Shown here one piece after another: positions 13,001-26,401 of a DNA stretch of 42,799 nucleotides (within the stretch, counting starts at the first letter, position 1; every line of letters begins with the position of its first letter). The position numbers and the translations under genes were made by a program. Below the pieces are notes generated by a model. The model was not told the DNA's origin. It ran no database searches and saw only the letters and a program-made list of their open reading frames with translations. Source of the DNA: Klebsormidium nitens (Eukaryota > Plantae > Klebsormidiophyceae); assembly GCA_000708835.1 (NCBI GenBank), contig DF237644.1, forward strand, positions 1 through 42,799. Reading direction: 5' to 3'.

Positions 13001-14054
13001 GACCCGCTGTTGGCGCCTCCCCGAGTATTTGAAAGGATGTCCTGAGCACTTTCTGTCGATTTTAGCCGGACTCGCATGGCGTTCAAAGACCTTAGATAGG
13101 AAATCAATGACCCTTCGTCACTCATCATAATGGTACTAATACGTGGCAGACAGAGAGAGCTTTGACAGCCCGCCCTGAAAAAGGTTTGCAACGGCTGTCG
13201 TGGTCAAGCAGCAAGGAACCGGGACTGCAAGTACGTCAAACGTCGAACGCACAATCATTCAGGACTTAAACCACGTCGAACACTTTGTTGGGTGCTCAAT
13301 ACTCAACATTACTGACAGCATTAATTTTTTCGCAGGCTGTCCTCAATTGGCCGACGCGGTGGGGGGTCAAGTGATCGAGTACTTCAAGAGTCAGGGCCTG
13401 AACCCCCGGGACGTGGGAGAAGCCGTCTACAGAATTGCGATCGACCCCGCGCCGCGGCCGCAGTACCTCATCATGCGGGACGATCAGTGGCCCACCATCA
13501 TCCCGCTCCTCTGCAGGTGCGGTCGAGGACATCGAATCAAGTTGTCGAAGTTTGGATCCGGTGCTTGAAGTCAAGCCTTCTTCTCCTTCAGTCGTTTGGA
13601 AGCTCGCCTTGCCTCGGCTTCGTTCTCATTGTTTGAAAAGCATGTTGAACCTAATCATAATGGGATTGACCAAACAAACCTTCGACACCGAGCTCTGCTC
13701 AGGACTGCTTCGCGATCCAACACCCAACTCGTCTTCTCGCAGTAGGCCCCATATCACCTTGCCTTGGAAGGGGAATCAGAGACTGTCATCAAAAGCTTTG
13801 CGCAAAACTTTCCCCGTTGCTTCTTCGTGAATCTTGCCCCAATGCCCCCGGCCTCCTGCAGGCGCGAGACGTTGCCTCTAGACCAGGTTTATGTGCATAC
13901 CCCGGCGGGGCCCAACATCAGCGCATGGCTGTCAAAAGAGGCGGCGGCGCGCTCCCAGTACACTTGCAGCGCAGCGTGTGGGGGCGCGCCGTATTGCGGG
14001 CCGGGGCCGCTCGGGTCGGGGACGCTGGGCACCGGGACCATCGGGCCGTACTAG
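10014..14054 (+). pseudogene. Short-chain dehydrogenase/reductase (classical SDR) with N-terminal signal-peptide-like segment and Cys/Gly-rich C-terminal tail; frameshifted (copy A)
   Basis: Spliced exons give RIALVTGAST|GIGRAATDRLAAAGGIVIGTSR (TGxxxGxG; 10882-10924 joined to about 11386), LDQTSDDSV and IDFLYLNAG, FDTNFWGPVRVLQ (11986-12108), ILLTSSIAS (catalytic Ser), YTVSK (YxxxK, 12573-12587) and GTVNT. Terminal exon ends GPY* at 14054. Single-base frameshifts at about 10115, 11473, 12566 and 12718. Confidence 0.9.
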
Positions 14055-14899
14055 AGTGGTGCGCAAAATCAGCCGAGAATGAGTGTCAATATAAGTTGGC
14101 AATACGCGAAGGAAGCAAGTTGCATGATGGCCAGAAGCTAGTCTCAACGGTGTTACATGGTATGATTAGTGACAGTGGAAGGAGTTTCCTGTGTGCATGG
14201 CACTGTGCTCTGTGACATGCAGGTTATGCATAGTACTGGAACCATTCACATGATGGCGAAGGGATCGACATGTGGGCGGTCGGGGTGTGAACAAATGAAA
14301 ATAGCACCGAGATACACATGCGTGACACTAGGCTGTAGTAACAAGGTAGTAACAGTTTACGAGCAGTTTACTTGAAGCTAGCATACTAGTGGCAGGCGCA
14401 CGGGTACAAATCATATCGAACCGGCCAATCTGAACCCCCGGCGAATCTGAGCGTAAATGCTCATGTCCCCGACTTTCCATCTCATTTGTTTTGGTTTGAT
14501 GGGACTTTTAGTGGCTTGACTCAGAACACTTGCAGGAGGGAAAGTCCTTGATGCTGTTGATGGTTCGAACCACCTCAAACGACGGACATGAAACATCGGT
14601 TGATCGGTGATGTCTTAGGTTCCACTTATTCGACGATTCCATTCCAAGCATCCCAACAATGTTGATGGCACTTTGAATACCGTCTTAATACCACCAGAGT
14701 TCTGACGCCGGATTGAGAACTGTTTGAAGACGAACACCCCTCCGACTCGACTCTCAAGCCTCTCCCCGACTGCTGAAAAGTTCATGCGTCAAACCTGTGA
14801 AACCTTTCCCCTCAGCCTCCGTTACCATGACGTCACAAAAAAATTTATCTAACTGTCGACGACCGTCGATGGTTTGAAATCCGCGTTTCCGGAGCCCCA

Positions 14900-17800
14900 A
14901 AATGCGGTATCAGAAATTAAGCCCAATTCGGCGATCCACCCGGCCTGTGCTGCAGCGCGCGAGCCAGCTGGGCAGCCTCAGGCTGCTCAGGCAGCCTGAG
15001 GCAGAAGCTGGCAGAAGCTCGAGGCCGAGTTGGACTATACATAGTACAGAGACGCTGCATTGGATCGGGGCGCTCCTGAGCGGACCTGTTTAACTTTTGT
15101 ACTAAGCAGCTCTTTGATGAGAATTCTGGCGGGGAACTTGGTGAAAAGCTGCACGGAATATTGTGCTTCATGTCATTTTCAAAGCATTGAGTGAGGCGCA
15201 TTGGCCGTGAAAGATGCGTCTGCTTCAAGATTGCCTCGTTGAAATACAAGGATGTAAGATCATCAACGATGTTCTCTGCCAAGAACGAGAGTGTGTGGGG
15301 GGAAGCCCTGCGCATGTATGTCTTTGATTTGAGGAGGGGCCGCCAAGAGGTACAATGACTCCTCTTTTTTCAATCCCTGCCTTCTGGCCCTTGCGATGCG
15401 GCTAAAAGAAAGGGATAAGAGCAAAATGGCGCCAAAGGACTAGCCCAATTTTTGAAGAGTTTGACTTCAACGTTTCTGTTCTTCTCGCATTGCTGCATGA
15501 GCTGGATCAAATTCTGAAGTCGCTGAGGTCGTTTTGTCTGTCATAGCGCCGAATATCTTAGAATGCCAAGCGCACCACCATCAGCGTCTTAATGCCATGT
15601 AGACCCTTTGCTCTTAGCTATTGGGTAAGATGTACAGTACAACTGTCGTCGTCATATCATGCATCCTTTTTGCAACCAACTAGAGAAAGCAGTCAATGTA
15701 TCAACTATGCCAGCAGACGGATGCCCTGCAGATTGTCAGTTGCAGAACTTGAGCCCTGAAGTCTCTGTTCCTTGCCTCTTTGGAAATACATGGTCGGAAG
15801 CTTATCTCATGATACTTTCCTTGGATGCAGGGGCAAGAGGCGGAGAAAATATTGTTTTTCTATCCACGGGAGGTCTCTCTTGACCAGCAAAAGCTGATGG
15901 TGGGGCTGAGCGAGGGCTTGTTAACATTCACCAAGTGAGCACTCATGCACTTACTGACAGATTCAGTCTTAGGTGGTTCTTCTCACCTTTGCCTGCACAC
16001 TGTAAGGTACGGTACTCAAGATCTTTTGATGCTCGATAGCACCGCAAAGGTGCATGCTGTTCCACAGGATACAACTCCAAGGAAGTATGCCGCTCTCAAT
16101 CCGAGACAGTCGCGGTCTATGCACTTGTTCTGCAATTCATTCAATGACCTCGAGGCTGTTCTTCTTATAGCCAAAGAAGTCAGAAGCACGGATATTGCAG
16201 GCTGGCAAAGCTTATCCTGCCTCCAGCTCAGTTCCACTGGGATGTAACACACACATCGGCCCTTCGTTGCAGACTGTTTTCTCCGGACCAACCGTGCGAA
16301 GCCCTGTACACTGAAAAGCACAGGCACATCTTCTTTGAATGTGAACCCAGCGTGTGGATGGTCCTGGTGAGCACAGCAGCTTCCTTTGAGAGGGGATTCA
16401 GGAGAGATTTTGCTCCGAACTGCCCAGTAGCGACGTGTAGTGTCCTTTGGCTGCGGCTGTAATGGAGACTTAGCATGCTAGCTTGCTGAATGCTACTCAC
16501 GCATGGTCGTACGGGCATGTTACAAAGCGAACCATCCGGTGAGCAAGGAGTGGCAAAATGCGCAGGACTCATTGCTGTCTGACGATTGCATCGAACCCCT
16601 CAGAAACTTTGATGCACTGCTATGAATGTTGATGATCTGCTGACAACTTTACTGACGGCAAAATGCTTATCAGGGAGGCCGTTGGTGATGTAAGCTGAAA
16701 AGCTGAGCAATCAGAAATGCTGCAACTGCTGTGCCCCCTTGTTGCTAGGTGGTCAAGCGAGGGAGCCCTGGGGGTGTGGACCCCACACTTCGGGATGATG
16801 CTCTGAGGGCTGTCCTCCAAGAAGCTTACAGGTGCACATTACACACTAACATTTTGACACACTTTTGTTCCGCAAGACCGTTACAAGTACCTTTTCCTTT
16901 CACAGGCTGAGTACCTTTCCCTTGCGGTCAAGTTTGGCAGATGAAGACTCGTAAGTGAGTCTTCTGTATGACTGCCAAACCGTCTTTGTCAGTCAAGAGA
17001 AAGCTAACCATCATGTTGTGTGACTTCACCTTGGTATCATCAAGGCACCTGACTGGAAAGTTGCTTGGCGTCGTACCACCTGTGAGGTCTGCAGAGCCTG
17101 GCTGCCAGGCCCTTCTCGGACTCTTGATTCACAAGACAGGTGCTTGCAATCTGGTGAATCGACCGCTTCGTCTCTGTGATTGTTACATACTGAAAGCAGG
17201 TTTGGCAGCCACGGTTGAAAACGCTTTGCAGGTCCAGAACTATCCGCTCTTCTTGCAGAATATTTGTATTTTTTAATGGCGACTTTGAGAACCTGCTCGC
17301 GAGGGATCCCTCTGGCGCTGCACTTCGCCAGCTGCTGGACCGGACACTGTCAGACCACCTGCACAATCTGCTGGGTGAGCACCGGTGCAGTTCGCAACAG
17401 CATCAGATAATACTGTGCGCCCTGTCATTCGAATGCGCCTTCTGAATGAATCTTATCTTGGGGGTCCATGGTTCCTCGCTTGGAATATTTTCCCATAAGG
17501 GGCAATCTAGGAAGACGCTGCTTCTCACAGAATCTGCACGTGCTCGTGTCAATTCCCTTCAGAGCCAGTCAAACAGAGTAAGTGTGAGATAATAAACTCG
17601 CATACCAAACCTGCCGCCAACATCACGGGTGCACCTCCAAAGCGCAAGGTGAACTGACACGTGTGCATACGACGTTCCCATGTGACCGTAACATCCGCTT
17701 CTGGGCTGCAGGTGGCAAGCGGGGGCAGCATCTCCCGAGCCTCGGCACCGGCCTTTCTGAGCGGGGTTGCCTCGCGCATCTCCCAGTGGATAGACACACC

Positions 17801-20800
17801 AGCCTGAGCGTCCAGTCGCTTTTTGGGCTGGTCCAGACCGCACAGTACCAAGGGGGGCCGTCATTGAATAGCATGCTACTGTACAGCGGACTCTGCGTCG
17901 CGTCTACCCTTCAAGCTGTGAGTCAACGCAAGGTTTCGCTCTCGGGCAGCCCTGAGAACAAAACTGTTGACCAAAATACGTTAGCAGCTTGTTGATGGAG
18001 GTAGACAGTCAGTGGCCACTTGTGAAGTTTGCCAACCATATTAGGCAGGATAGCATGTTGCTGCTCGTCCATTTTATCCTCCATGACACCTGTCTGACAG
18101 AAGGTCCAGTTGTACCGGCTACAACCGATAGGCCCATTGTTGCACGTACCACCCTCAGTTGCTTGAAACTCAAGATCTCTGGCGTGATCTTTGTTAGTAG
18201 GGTTTGAGCCGTATCGCCACAGTTTTTTCTCACTTGATGATCACGAACGAATGTTTTCGTTGAGCAATCTGAGCAGTTCTGCATGACGAGTCACTGAGAC
18301 TCTTTTTGCTTGAAAGGATAAAGCCTTCTGGTCGAGCCCCAAAAACGGACCTTCCTACAATTGGTATGTAAGATAGCTTTGCAAGCTTTTGGTTCTCCAG
18401 AGACAGAAATGTAATCGGCTCACTCGTTGCGGCGGGCTCCGTGTATTCGCGCATGGTACATCTTGACAGACAGTGCCGCAGTGCAGTTGGAAATCCCCAC
18501 CGTGCACTTTTGACTCTTCTGTTCACCCACTCGTCTTCTGAGGTCTCTCTCAGCCTGACTTTGCGAATTGCTTGCGCTCACCGAAAGTACTGCTGCTTCT
18601 TTTGTCCGTATAGTAAATCTGTCGCTTCTCTTGTCTCTAGAGCGATGCTGCAACTCTCCAGTGGTACATACGCAACTACATAGCGACTTCCTCCCGGCGG
18701 TCGTCCCTCCCCTCCGCCATGCCCCCTGTGTCAAGCGCGTCCACAGGCTTCAAAGCCGGCGTGCGCTCACTGTTTTCCAACATGACGGGCGGGGGCAGTG
18801 CCGCAGCAGCGCACCGTAGTGCAAGCCAGAACTCGCTCCAGGGCACCCCCGACAGCAGCAGGCCCGCGTCGCCAGGACCAAGTGAGGAAATCGGCAGAGA
18901 TATGACGTACGATCGAACGTGATTTGTACTGGAAGGAGCATTGACCGTGGTTTGTGGGTTCAAATTCTGACAATCATTTGCAACTACTTCGAGGTCAGTC
19001 AAGGAGTCAATTTAATCCGCTGTCTTGGGCGTTATGTGTCGCTGACGTACTGCCCCATTGGAGCACGGATTTGGATTCTATTTGCACGTATTTCGAGGTC
19101 AGTCAAGGAGTCATGTATATCCGTAGTCTTACGCATTATGTGCAGCTGACGTACTACCCCATTGGAGCACGGATTCTGAAACCAAGGGTTTTTGTTGCCA
19201 CGTTCCGCTTTTACTCCTTCTGGAATACGGCGTCCAGTAGTTCCCCTGCTTTCATTCATTGGGTGCCCTTTGCTTCTAACTTCTTCGACACGTCAGGCTT
19301 GCTGAGTCGATATGCATTCGAGAACCACTTTGCAACGGCGAAGTTTCTTACTTGTGGATCGGCTCCTTCTTCTTGGCTTTTGAACTTGACCTTGAATGTG
19401 CTGTCTTCTTGCAGTTGAATATTAAGCTCTACGATCCAACCGCTAGTTGGATCAACCTGGTCGAATGGGGGAGGGACATGCTCTCAAATGTCACCTCAAC
19501 AATCGGACCGTTCTGTCATTCTGGTTCGTAATAGCAACTCTCATTGTCTCAATCCAACAGTAAGCTGTAGTCGTTGTCTCTTCACGTGGAGTAGTGCTCA
19601 TGTCCTCGGCGTGCAGGCGGAGAACCCGTCTCCGATGCGGAGAGCATTCCAAGCCGGGAGGGCCTGACGGCCCAATGCGAGCCGTCCACGTCAGGACAAG
19701 TCCGGCCCCTGCGTGGTGCTTCCTGGTGGCGACAGGCGGACGGCTGGATGGTTACGGACGCTTGGCGAGGGGGCGTGCAACCGTCCGTGTATTTGGAAGG
19801 GGGTCGCAAGCGAGCGTGGCTACACATATACCAGGTAAGGGTCTGCTTCCGTCAAAGGTTCTGAAAACAATCTGCTTGAAGAACCATATTGCATCGCTCA
19901 ACCACTTGGTGGATGCCTGGAAGTGCGACTCACAAAATCAGAGGTATAGCAGTCGATTAAAGCAGACCCTCAGATTTTAGGGTGGTCCATCGTTGTCGTG
20001 GAGGATGCCCTTTGCCAACGAAAGGGCCCGACCACGCATGTCATTGTTCAAGCGTGACCCTGGCTGAGACAAGCGTTTTGGTGACTCGGAGCTCGCACCT
20101 GCTGCACGCGTCGTTGTCGCATGTAGGCACCTCTGATCGAATGTCGATTTCCGAATGTACAGAAGGTGCTCCTGGCGACAGAAGTTGTTCACGGCAAGAC
20201 TGCAAAGCCACAACTTTGTTGGGTTTTATTTTGCCTACTCCAATCCAAGCAGTGCCCACTCCCTTCAAGAGGGCGGGTCATCTGGATGTTTCCCCTCCAT
20301 GTCCCCTCAGCAGAAGCCCTCCCTAGGATCCACTTTTGCTGTAGGCAATGAGGAACGCTTGCGGTCTCCAACTGTAGCTGAGTACGACCTTCTCTTCTTG
20401 CAGCAAAGTGGCCTCATGCTTGTCCTCTTACTCCCTGTTGACAACCAGCTGACCAGCCTCCTCCCGCCTCCGCTTCTCGAGAAGGTCAGTGCCGTTTTTC
20501 CAACTGGACCTCGTTCCGGACAGGCTTCTGGAGCTCACTCTGTGTAAGTACTTTCTGGGTTCTGCTCGGCGAGCAAGTGTCCATCGAAACGAGTTCGCCT
20601 TTGAGTTGGTCTCTGCCTAATCTTTTCCCAAACGGGCAGACTGTCTTTGAAATGTTGAAACGGGAGGCGAAGGCTGGAGGTTCCAAATCCATATCTTACA
20701 TCTTGCTGCCATTTAATGGTAGAGTGCTAACCTCCAGAGCCTTTAAGTGGCCCACATATGGGACTCAAGGCCTTCCGTCCAAGAGAGCTGAACCTTTGAT

Positions 20801-22300
20801 TGTGGAGAGACAGTGGCCTTTTCTAAGTGACAGTAGGTAGCTCCAGTATCTGCTCACAAGCTTCGATCAGACGGGAAGGGTTGTCAGACCGCATGATCCT
20901 GCCTGCAGATCACTGCTCGGTTGAGGTCTTTGGAAGCTGTCGTCGCTAACCAGTTTGGGGGGCCAAACGGAACGCATGTGCCAGGCTACCGTTACCTCTA
21001 CGTGGACCGCTCTACTGAGAAGATGCAAGCGTCCCCCGCGGGAAAGGTGAGCCCATACCTGTTTATGATGAGTCATGTTGGCAATGGTATAGCTCTTGAT
21101 CAATGGTCGAGGCAGTGCGATGATCTTAACGGTCTAGTCATGTTTGTGTAATAAATAACGACCCCCACGCGTTTCAGCGGCTGCATGATTCTTAGTGTGC
21201 GGTCTGGAAGTTAGCAAGCGGCGCTTGCTGTGTGTGTACTCGTTCTTGAGGAGATTGCGAGAAAGCGCGCTTCTGTTGCATGTACACGTGAAAAAGCCCC
21301 AAGATTGATGTCCGGTCAATCAATCAAATATCCCGCAGGGTGAGTGATTGCATGAGCGTGTCCTATGCATCGGGATGCTTTCAGAATCAATGCGACGAGA
21401 CTGGTCACCGCGCTACCTGTGACGAGCATCCGTAACTCCTCCAAGTTGATACTTTCCATGATCGAGAATCCATACTTTTTGTCAAAAATTGGAGCGATAG
21501 AACGGGTCGGCTCGAGTGTTTAACAAAGAACACAACGTTTTCCTTCCAGGCTGGGACTCTAGCGAAGGAGTCGCTTGCCGCCTTAAACCAAATCCGAGGA
21601 GAAAAGGATGAGGAGAAAGCCTCGGCGAAATTAAGTCCCAGCATCCCGGAATCGAGCACCGAGGTCTACTTGCGCGCCCAAAACAACGCCTGGGTCGTCG
21701 TGAAAAAGCAAGTAATGTGAAGAACCTTTTTTTTCAGAAATTTTGCTTTCTTTCAGGTCACTGGGCTTTGGATGTAAGGCGAGCGTTGGCGCGCTCATGG
21801 TACCTGACAAGCTCTAGGAAAGATGGGTTTAGTCGCTTTGCTTCATTGTATTCTGCAGCATACCCTCAGCACTCTCGGTTGCTGCCCAGGTCCTAGGAAA
21901 TGCGGTGCATCATCCCTCCTTGACGCACTCATTAACCGTCGGTCTGGCACATCATTTGTCCTGTTTGAGAAAGCTCAACGTTGTTTTCTATATATCTCCG
22001 CAGGACGGATACACACGAGTTGTATGTGGTCTTGGAAAGGGTCAGTGAGACTCTAGTGGCAGCAAGTGAGATGATGGATCGCTTCGATACAGACATTTTG
22101 GGAGGACTGTTTCAAGGAGGCTAATAGGATGGTTCATAAGAATTCGTGTACGCCCCTGCCGGAGACAGAAGACAATCTTTTTGAGCTCGACAATTCAACA
22201 TAGAAAAGATCTCCGTATGTTGTGTCATTTTTACCGCCCATGAAAGCGATGCCTGTTGCCATATTCATTGGACGTCCTTGCACGCTTTCCATGACAAGTT
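14900..22300 (-). pseudogene. Long decayed minus-strand coding region(s), unidentified; possibly transposon-derived (boundaries approximate)
   Basis: Protein-like minus-strand stretches are broken by stops. Examples: DQVDPTSGWIVELNIQLQEDSTFKVKFKSQEEGADPQVRNFAVAKWFSNAYRLSKPDVSKKLEAKGTQ*MKAGELLDAVFQKE* (about 19470-19205), RRYWAVRSKISPESPLKGSCCAHQDHPHAGFTFKEDVPVLF (about 16440-16315), IFDKKYGFSIMESINLEELRMLVT|gtagcg (about 21490-21420). Several GT/AG boundaries are present. Confidence 0.4.
18988..19175. repeat. Two-copy imperfect tandem repeat, period 104 bp
   Basis: ttcgaggtcagtcaaggagtca...gctgacgtact(g/a)ccccattggagcacggatt starts at 18988 and again at 19092. Confidence 0.9.
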
Positions 22301-23409
22301 CACACAACCGTTCCTGGAATTCTGGTAATGTCGAAATATCTGGGTTGAACCTTACTAGTAGCGAGACTTAAGTTTCGGCCGACTGACACTCTTCGGAGCG
22401 CGAAAAGCCTCCAACGCCAAAATCTATTGTCGGCTTGGGCAGCCCGTTATACAGAGGTGCTTCAAGATAATGGAGGCCGCCCGCATAGCCAAAAGGGTGA
22501 CCAGGACGATTGCGCATCTCTTGATGAAAAGTTGCTCGATTTGCCGCCAATGTTATAGAACACCTATATATAATGAATGCTAGCATCATGGCATCTTACA
22601 TGCAGCACTTGGGTCGGAAGATATTGATACCCCCGCATGCAAGCACGTATATGTTGCTCCCTACAATGTTCGAATTCAATGACATTGTTGAGTTGCAGAG
22701 AACAGCGGCTTGCGGGCCAGGCTTTATATAGAGAAAGCGCTTTAAAATGAACCTACTATAACTAAGTACCCGGTTCAATTATACTTATCGGTCTTGGGCT
22801 TACCTATTCATCATGCAGCATGATTGCCTATGATAGGCCGCCAAACCAAAAACAGAACGCGCGGCCTAGCCCCGGCCTAGCTTCCGTTGTATATAGAAGC
22901 CCTGTTGCAACGCGAAGCATCATGGCATGCATTCAACCGCCGCTCGAAACGCGACAGTACCGCGACCGTCGGACGTGACCGTCGCCGTGAGTCGTCCCTT
23001 TTCTTGATTGCTGAAAAGCGCGGGGCTTGGCCGCAAAACGCGGAGTCCCGCGAGTTGTGCATGACCTTATCGCGGCATAACCGTTGGTAAAACGGTCGAC
23101 TGCATGCATGTGTATGAATGCAACCATGCATCGAACATTCCACTGCCGAGGCCAAAAGGGCGGCCAGTGTCCGCGATCGTATCTGCATCCGACCGATGGT
23201 TTGGTCAAGTTGGTTGGCACAGCGTTTTGATTGGAAATTTTTGACAAGATACCTACTACGCCGCTTGTACTCCGTATACGGGTTGCCTACAATCAGAATA
23301 CATGCAATCTAGATGCGGATCTAGACCGAGATCCTGCAGACCAAAACTACACCACTATGTTTTTGTAAGCGAGCTTGATTTCAGACGTCTCCACTTGCCC
23401 GTGTGCCAG

Positions 23410-25459
23410 GGCGGCTGTTCATTGGGGGCATCGAGAGTCCTTCAGGCGGCGCTCCGTTTGATGCCCACCACGGGTGAGCCAGATCTTTTAGAGTTGATGG
23501 CGAACAGGCCGTTCGAGGGGTCCGTTTGGTGAGGACAGCGTTTTGGGATGGCGGTGTTACTGACCATCTCAAAGAGCAGTCGCTCCAATTGCTCGGCAAG
23601 GCCTCATCCAGACGAGTTTTGTGAACACCCTCTTCTACTTACGGCCGACTGTGAGCTGCGTCGGAGATTAGCCGTCGTGCATCACCGTGATACGGATCTC
23701 ATGTCTATTTCAGCCAAGCTTAGTTGCATTAATTAAATTTGAGAAACAGAGTTCGGCTGTAATCGGAAGCATTGATCGCATCGTGACGCAGCCGTGTTAA
23801 TGGAGAGCAAAGAAATCAGCAGATCCTCACCACGTACATCTCAAAGTTGAGCCCCACCTCTGACGTCTCCGACCCACTTTCGCAGGCTACGCGCGCATTC
23901 TCGTGACCAGTTCCATAGCTTCCCTGTACGGCAGCCCCGGTTACCTGCCGTACACGGTTTCAAAGTGAGGCCTCCGCGCTCTCCAGGAGACCTGGGTGTC
24001 CACGGGGGCAGCCCCCGGGAGCACGCCCAGTAACATCGACGTCATCGCCATCATGCCCGGGACAGTCAACACCAGCCTTGGGTACAACGCCATCTACGGT
24101 GAGCGCCCGCGCGCGCGCAATTGCTCCTTCCACAAACACGCGAAAGGTTATGTTTGGTGGGAAAGCTCCGGGTTTGGGTTTGTTTAAAGATCCAAAGTCG
24201 CTATAAAGTTTCCCGCTGTTCGATACTGTGAGCCTTTTTTACTGGGGTTCGCTCACGGTCAGACGGTCGGCAGAGAGTCCGCCTCTCATAACGGCCCGGC
24301 GACCTAGAGAATTTGGGAGGATTACAAGCTGTTCCTTCTGCGCGTCGAACTGTGAATCTCAAGTCGAGAGTTGGATATTGGCCGACCCGCGTTTGGAGCT
24401 CCTCAGAATTTTGAAAGCTAGGGATGTATTCGCACTTACCTGACTGTTTATGCGTGAAGCGCACATGCGCTCAAAGGTTTCGTACGTGACCTTCGTCACG
24501 ATCACAGAGCCCACGTCTTTGCAGCTTCAAAAGTGCGCCCTGGAAGGTGCTCGACATGTCTATCATGTGCATTAACCACTGCAAGCAAGCAGGAGAGGAA
24601 TCCGAACGTCGAGCGCCAATCCTTTTCCGTACTTCAACCACGTCAAGCACCGAGATGTTGTTCGGTACTTAAGACAGAAAGATACTAACAAGGGGATTTT
24701 ACGCAGGCTGTCGTCAGCTAGCCGACGCGGTGGGGGGGGGCAAGTGATTGAGTACTACAAAAGTCAGGGCCTGAACCCCCGAGACGTGGGAGAAGCCGTC
24801 TACGGAATTGCGATCGACCCCGCCTCGCCGCGGCCGCAGTACCTCATCATGGGGGACGATCACTGGCCCACGATCATCCCTCTCCTATGCAGGTGCGGTC
24901 AAATACATGCATCAAAACAGAGTCGGGTGAACCATTATCTAGAGTCCTCAGAGTTCGAGCTTTGTCTGATTCAATGATTCTGTCATTTCTTCCAAAGCTC
25001 TCCTTTACTCAACTTCTTTTCCTTTATGCCTTAGAACGCATCCCGGTTTCTTGAGGCCCCTCAAAAGTGACAGAAGCACTTGCTGAAAACTAGGTTTGAT
25101 CATAGTTTCACTGGTGAAGCACCCAACACGTCTTCTTGCAGCCACTGGCAGTCCCATACCTTCGATTTAAAGGGGGTCTGAGTATCATCGAAAGCTAAGC
25201 GGCAAAAGACTTTATATCCGGATTTTCGCCGTCAATGCCGCCCCGATGCCCAGTCCTGCAGGCGCGAGACGTTGCATCTGGACCAGGTGTATGTGAACAC
25301 CCCGGCGGGTCCCAACATCAGTGCATGGCTTTCGAATGAGGCGGCGACGCGCTCCGATCAGTATACTTGCAGTGCAGCGTGTGGGGGCGCGCCGTTCTGC
25401 GGGCCCGGGCCGCTCGGGTCGGGGCGCTGGGCACCGGGACCATCGACGGGCCGTACTAG
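23410..25459 (+). pseudogene. 5'-truncated genomic duplicate of the SDR gene (copy B)
   Basis: Four exons match the last four exons of copy A, and intron sequence is shared too (e.g. cccgctgttcgatactgtg). The first retained exon is 64 nt versus 123 nt in A. TGG became TGA at 23966-23968 just after YTVSK. The G-run near 24732-24740 is frameshifted. The Rossmann-fold exons are absent upstream. Confidence 0.9.
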
Positions 25460-26401
25460 GTTGCGGCGCGAAGGACAAAGAATTGGTTTTTGAATTCGGC
25501 TCTATGTGAACGGAGTAAAGCAAGGATCAACATTAGGGATAGAAAAATCTCATCAGGTGCGGAAAATCGCCGACGTACTCCATCTCGCGCGAAACCAGCA
25601 CAGGTGTGCGCTTTTTAAGGGCTGCTTGCTAATGGACTTTTTGCAAGGGCCAAGAGGTAGGGCTGATCCAACACAGAGGGCCATAGGAAAGTTGCTTAAG
25701 GGGCTAGTCCACTTGGAATCTGCGACTGTGAAGCTTCAGCAGAATCAATCGGACGTCTGCCAGAGCTCGAGCCCGAGCCCGAGAGATCGATAAGGAGACC
25801 TGAAGGGTGTATTTCAGTCGAGAGTACGGAACAAGATTGATCCAATTCAAATATGATGAGTATTGGTTTTCGGGGACACGTTCGCTTGGACTGTCCGGCG
25901 AGAAACGTTACTAGACATGCTTCAATCCTAGTCGGCTCCATTGAAGAGTTGCAAGAGATGAACGCACGTAAACATCATGGGCAGCATGCCAAGGGTTTCG
26001 ACCCCCACCTCGCGTAACCTGCCACGAGTCTCCAGGGCCGGAGCTCGCGACTCGTGACATGGCCGGGGCACCCAACTCGCAGAAGAGTTTAGCTCCTTAC
26101 ATATGCGGTCATTGATCGGTACGTCGTTCGTCCGTTGGAACGAAGATGGTAGCAGATTACAAAATATACCTGCTTTTAATGCTGGCAGCTAGGGGGATCC
26201 AAAACAATCTGCTCATCGAAATCATTGAACCTTGATTATGGTCCGTAGAAAACGGTGGCGCATACACCCCAAGTTATTGCTGGCAGCGCGTCCGTTTAAG
26301 AATCACCGAGAGTGCGAATAGTACTATTGGTTTCGTCATGTTGCAAAGCCGTGCATGCATGTTGTGTACTTAACTGCTAATTTACTCTCTACAAATCTGA
26401 G

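Noticed and set aside
14386-14420. gtggcaggcgcacgggta resembling a Helitron 3' hairpin
   Set aside because: The stem is poor, no CTRR follows at the expected distance, and no Rep/helicase motifs were found.
14562-14571. GGTTCGAACC Pol III B-box-like motif
   Set aside because: No upstream A box or tRNA stems.
25975-26090. tRNA/SINE-like look around gggt-ttcg-accc (25993-26004)
   Set aside because: No cloverleaf, no convincing A box, and the B-box match is imperfect.
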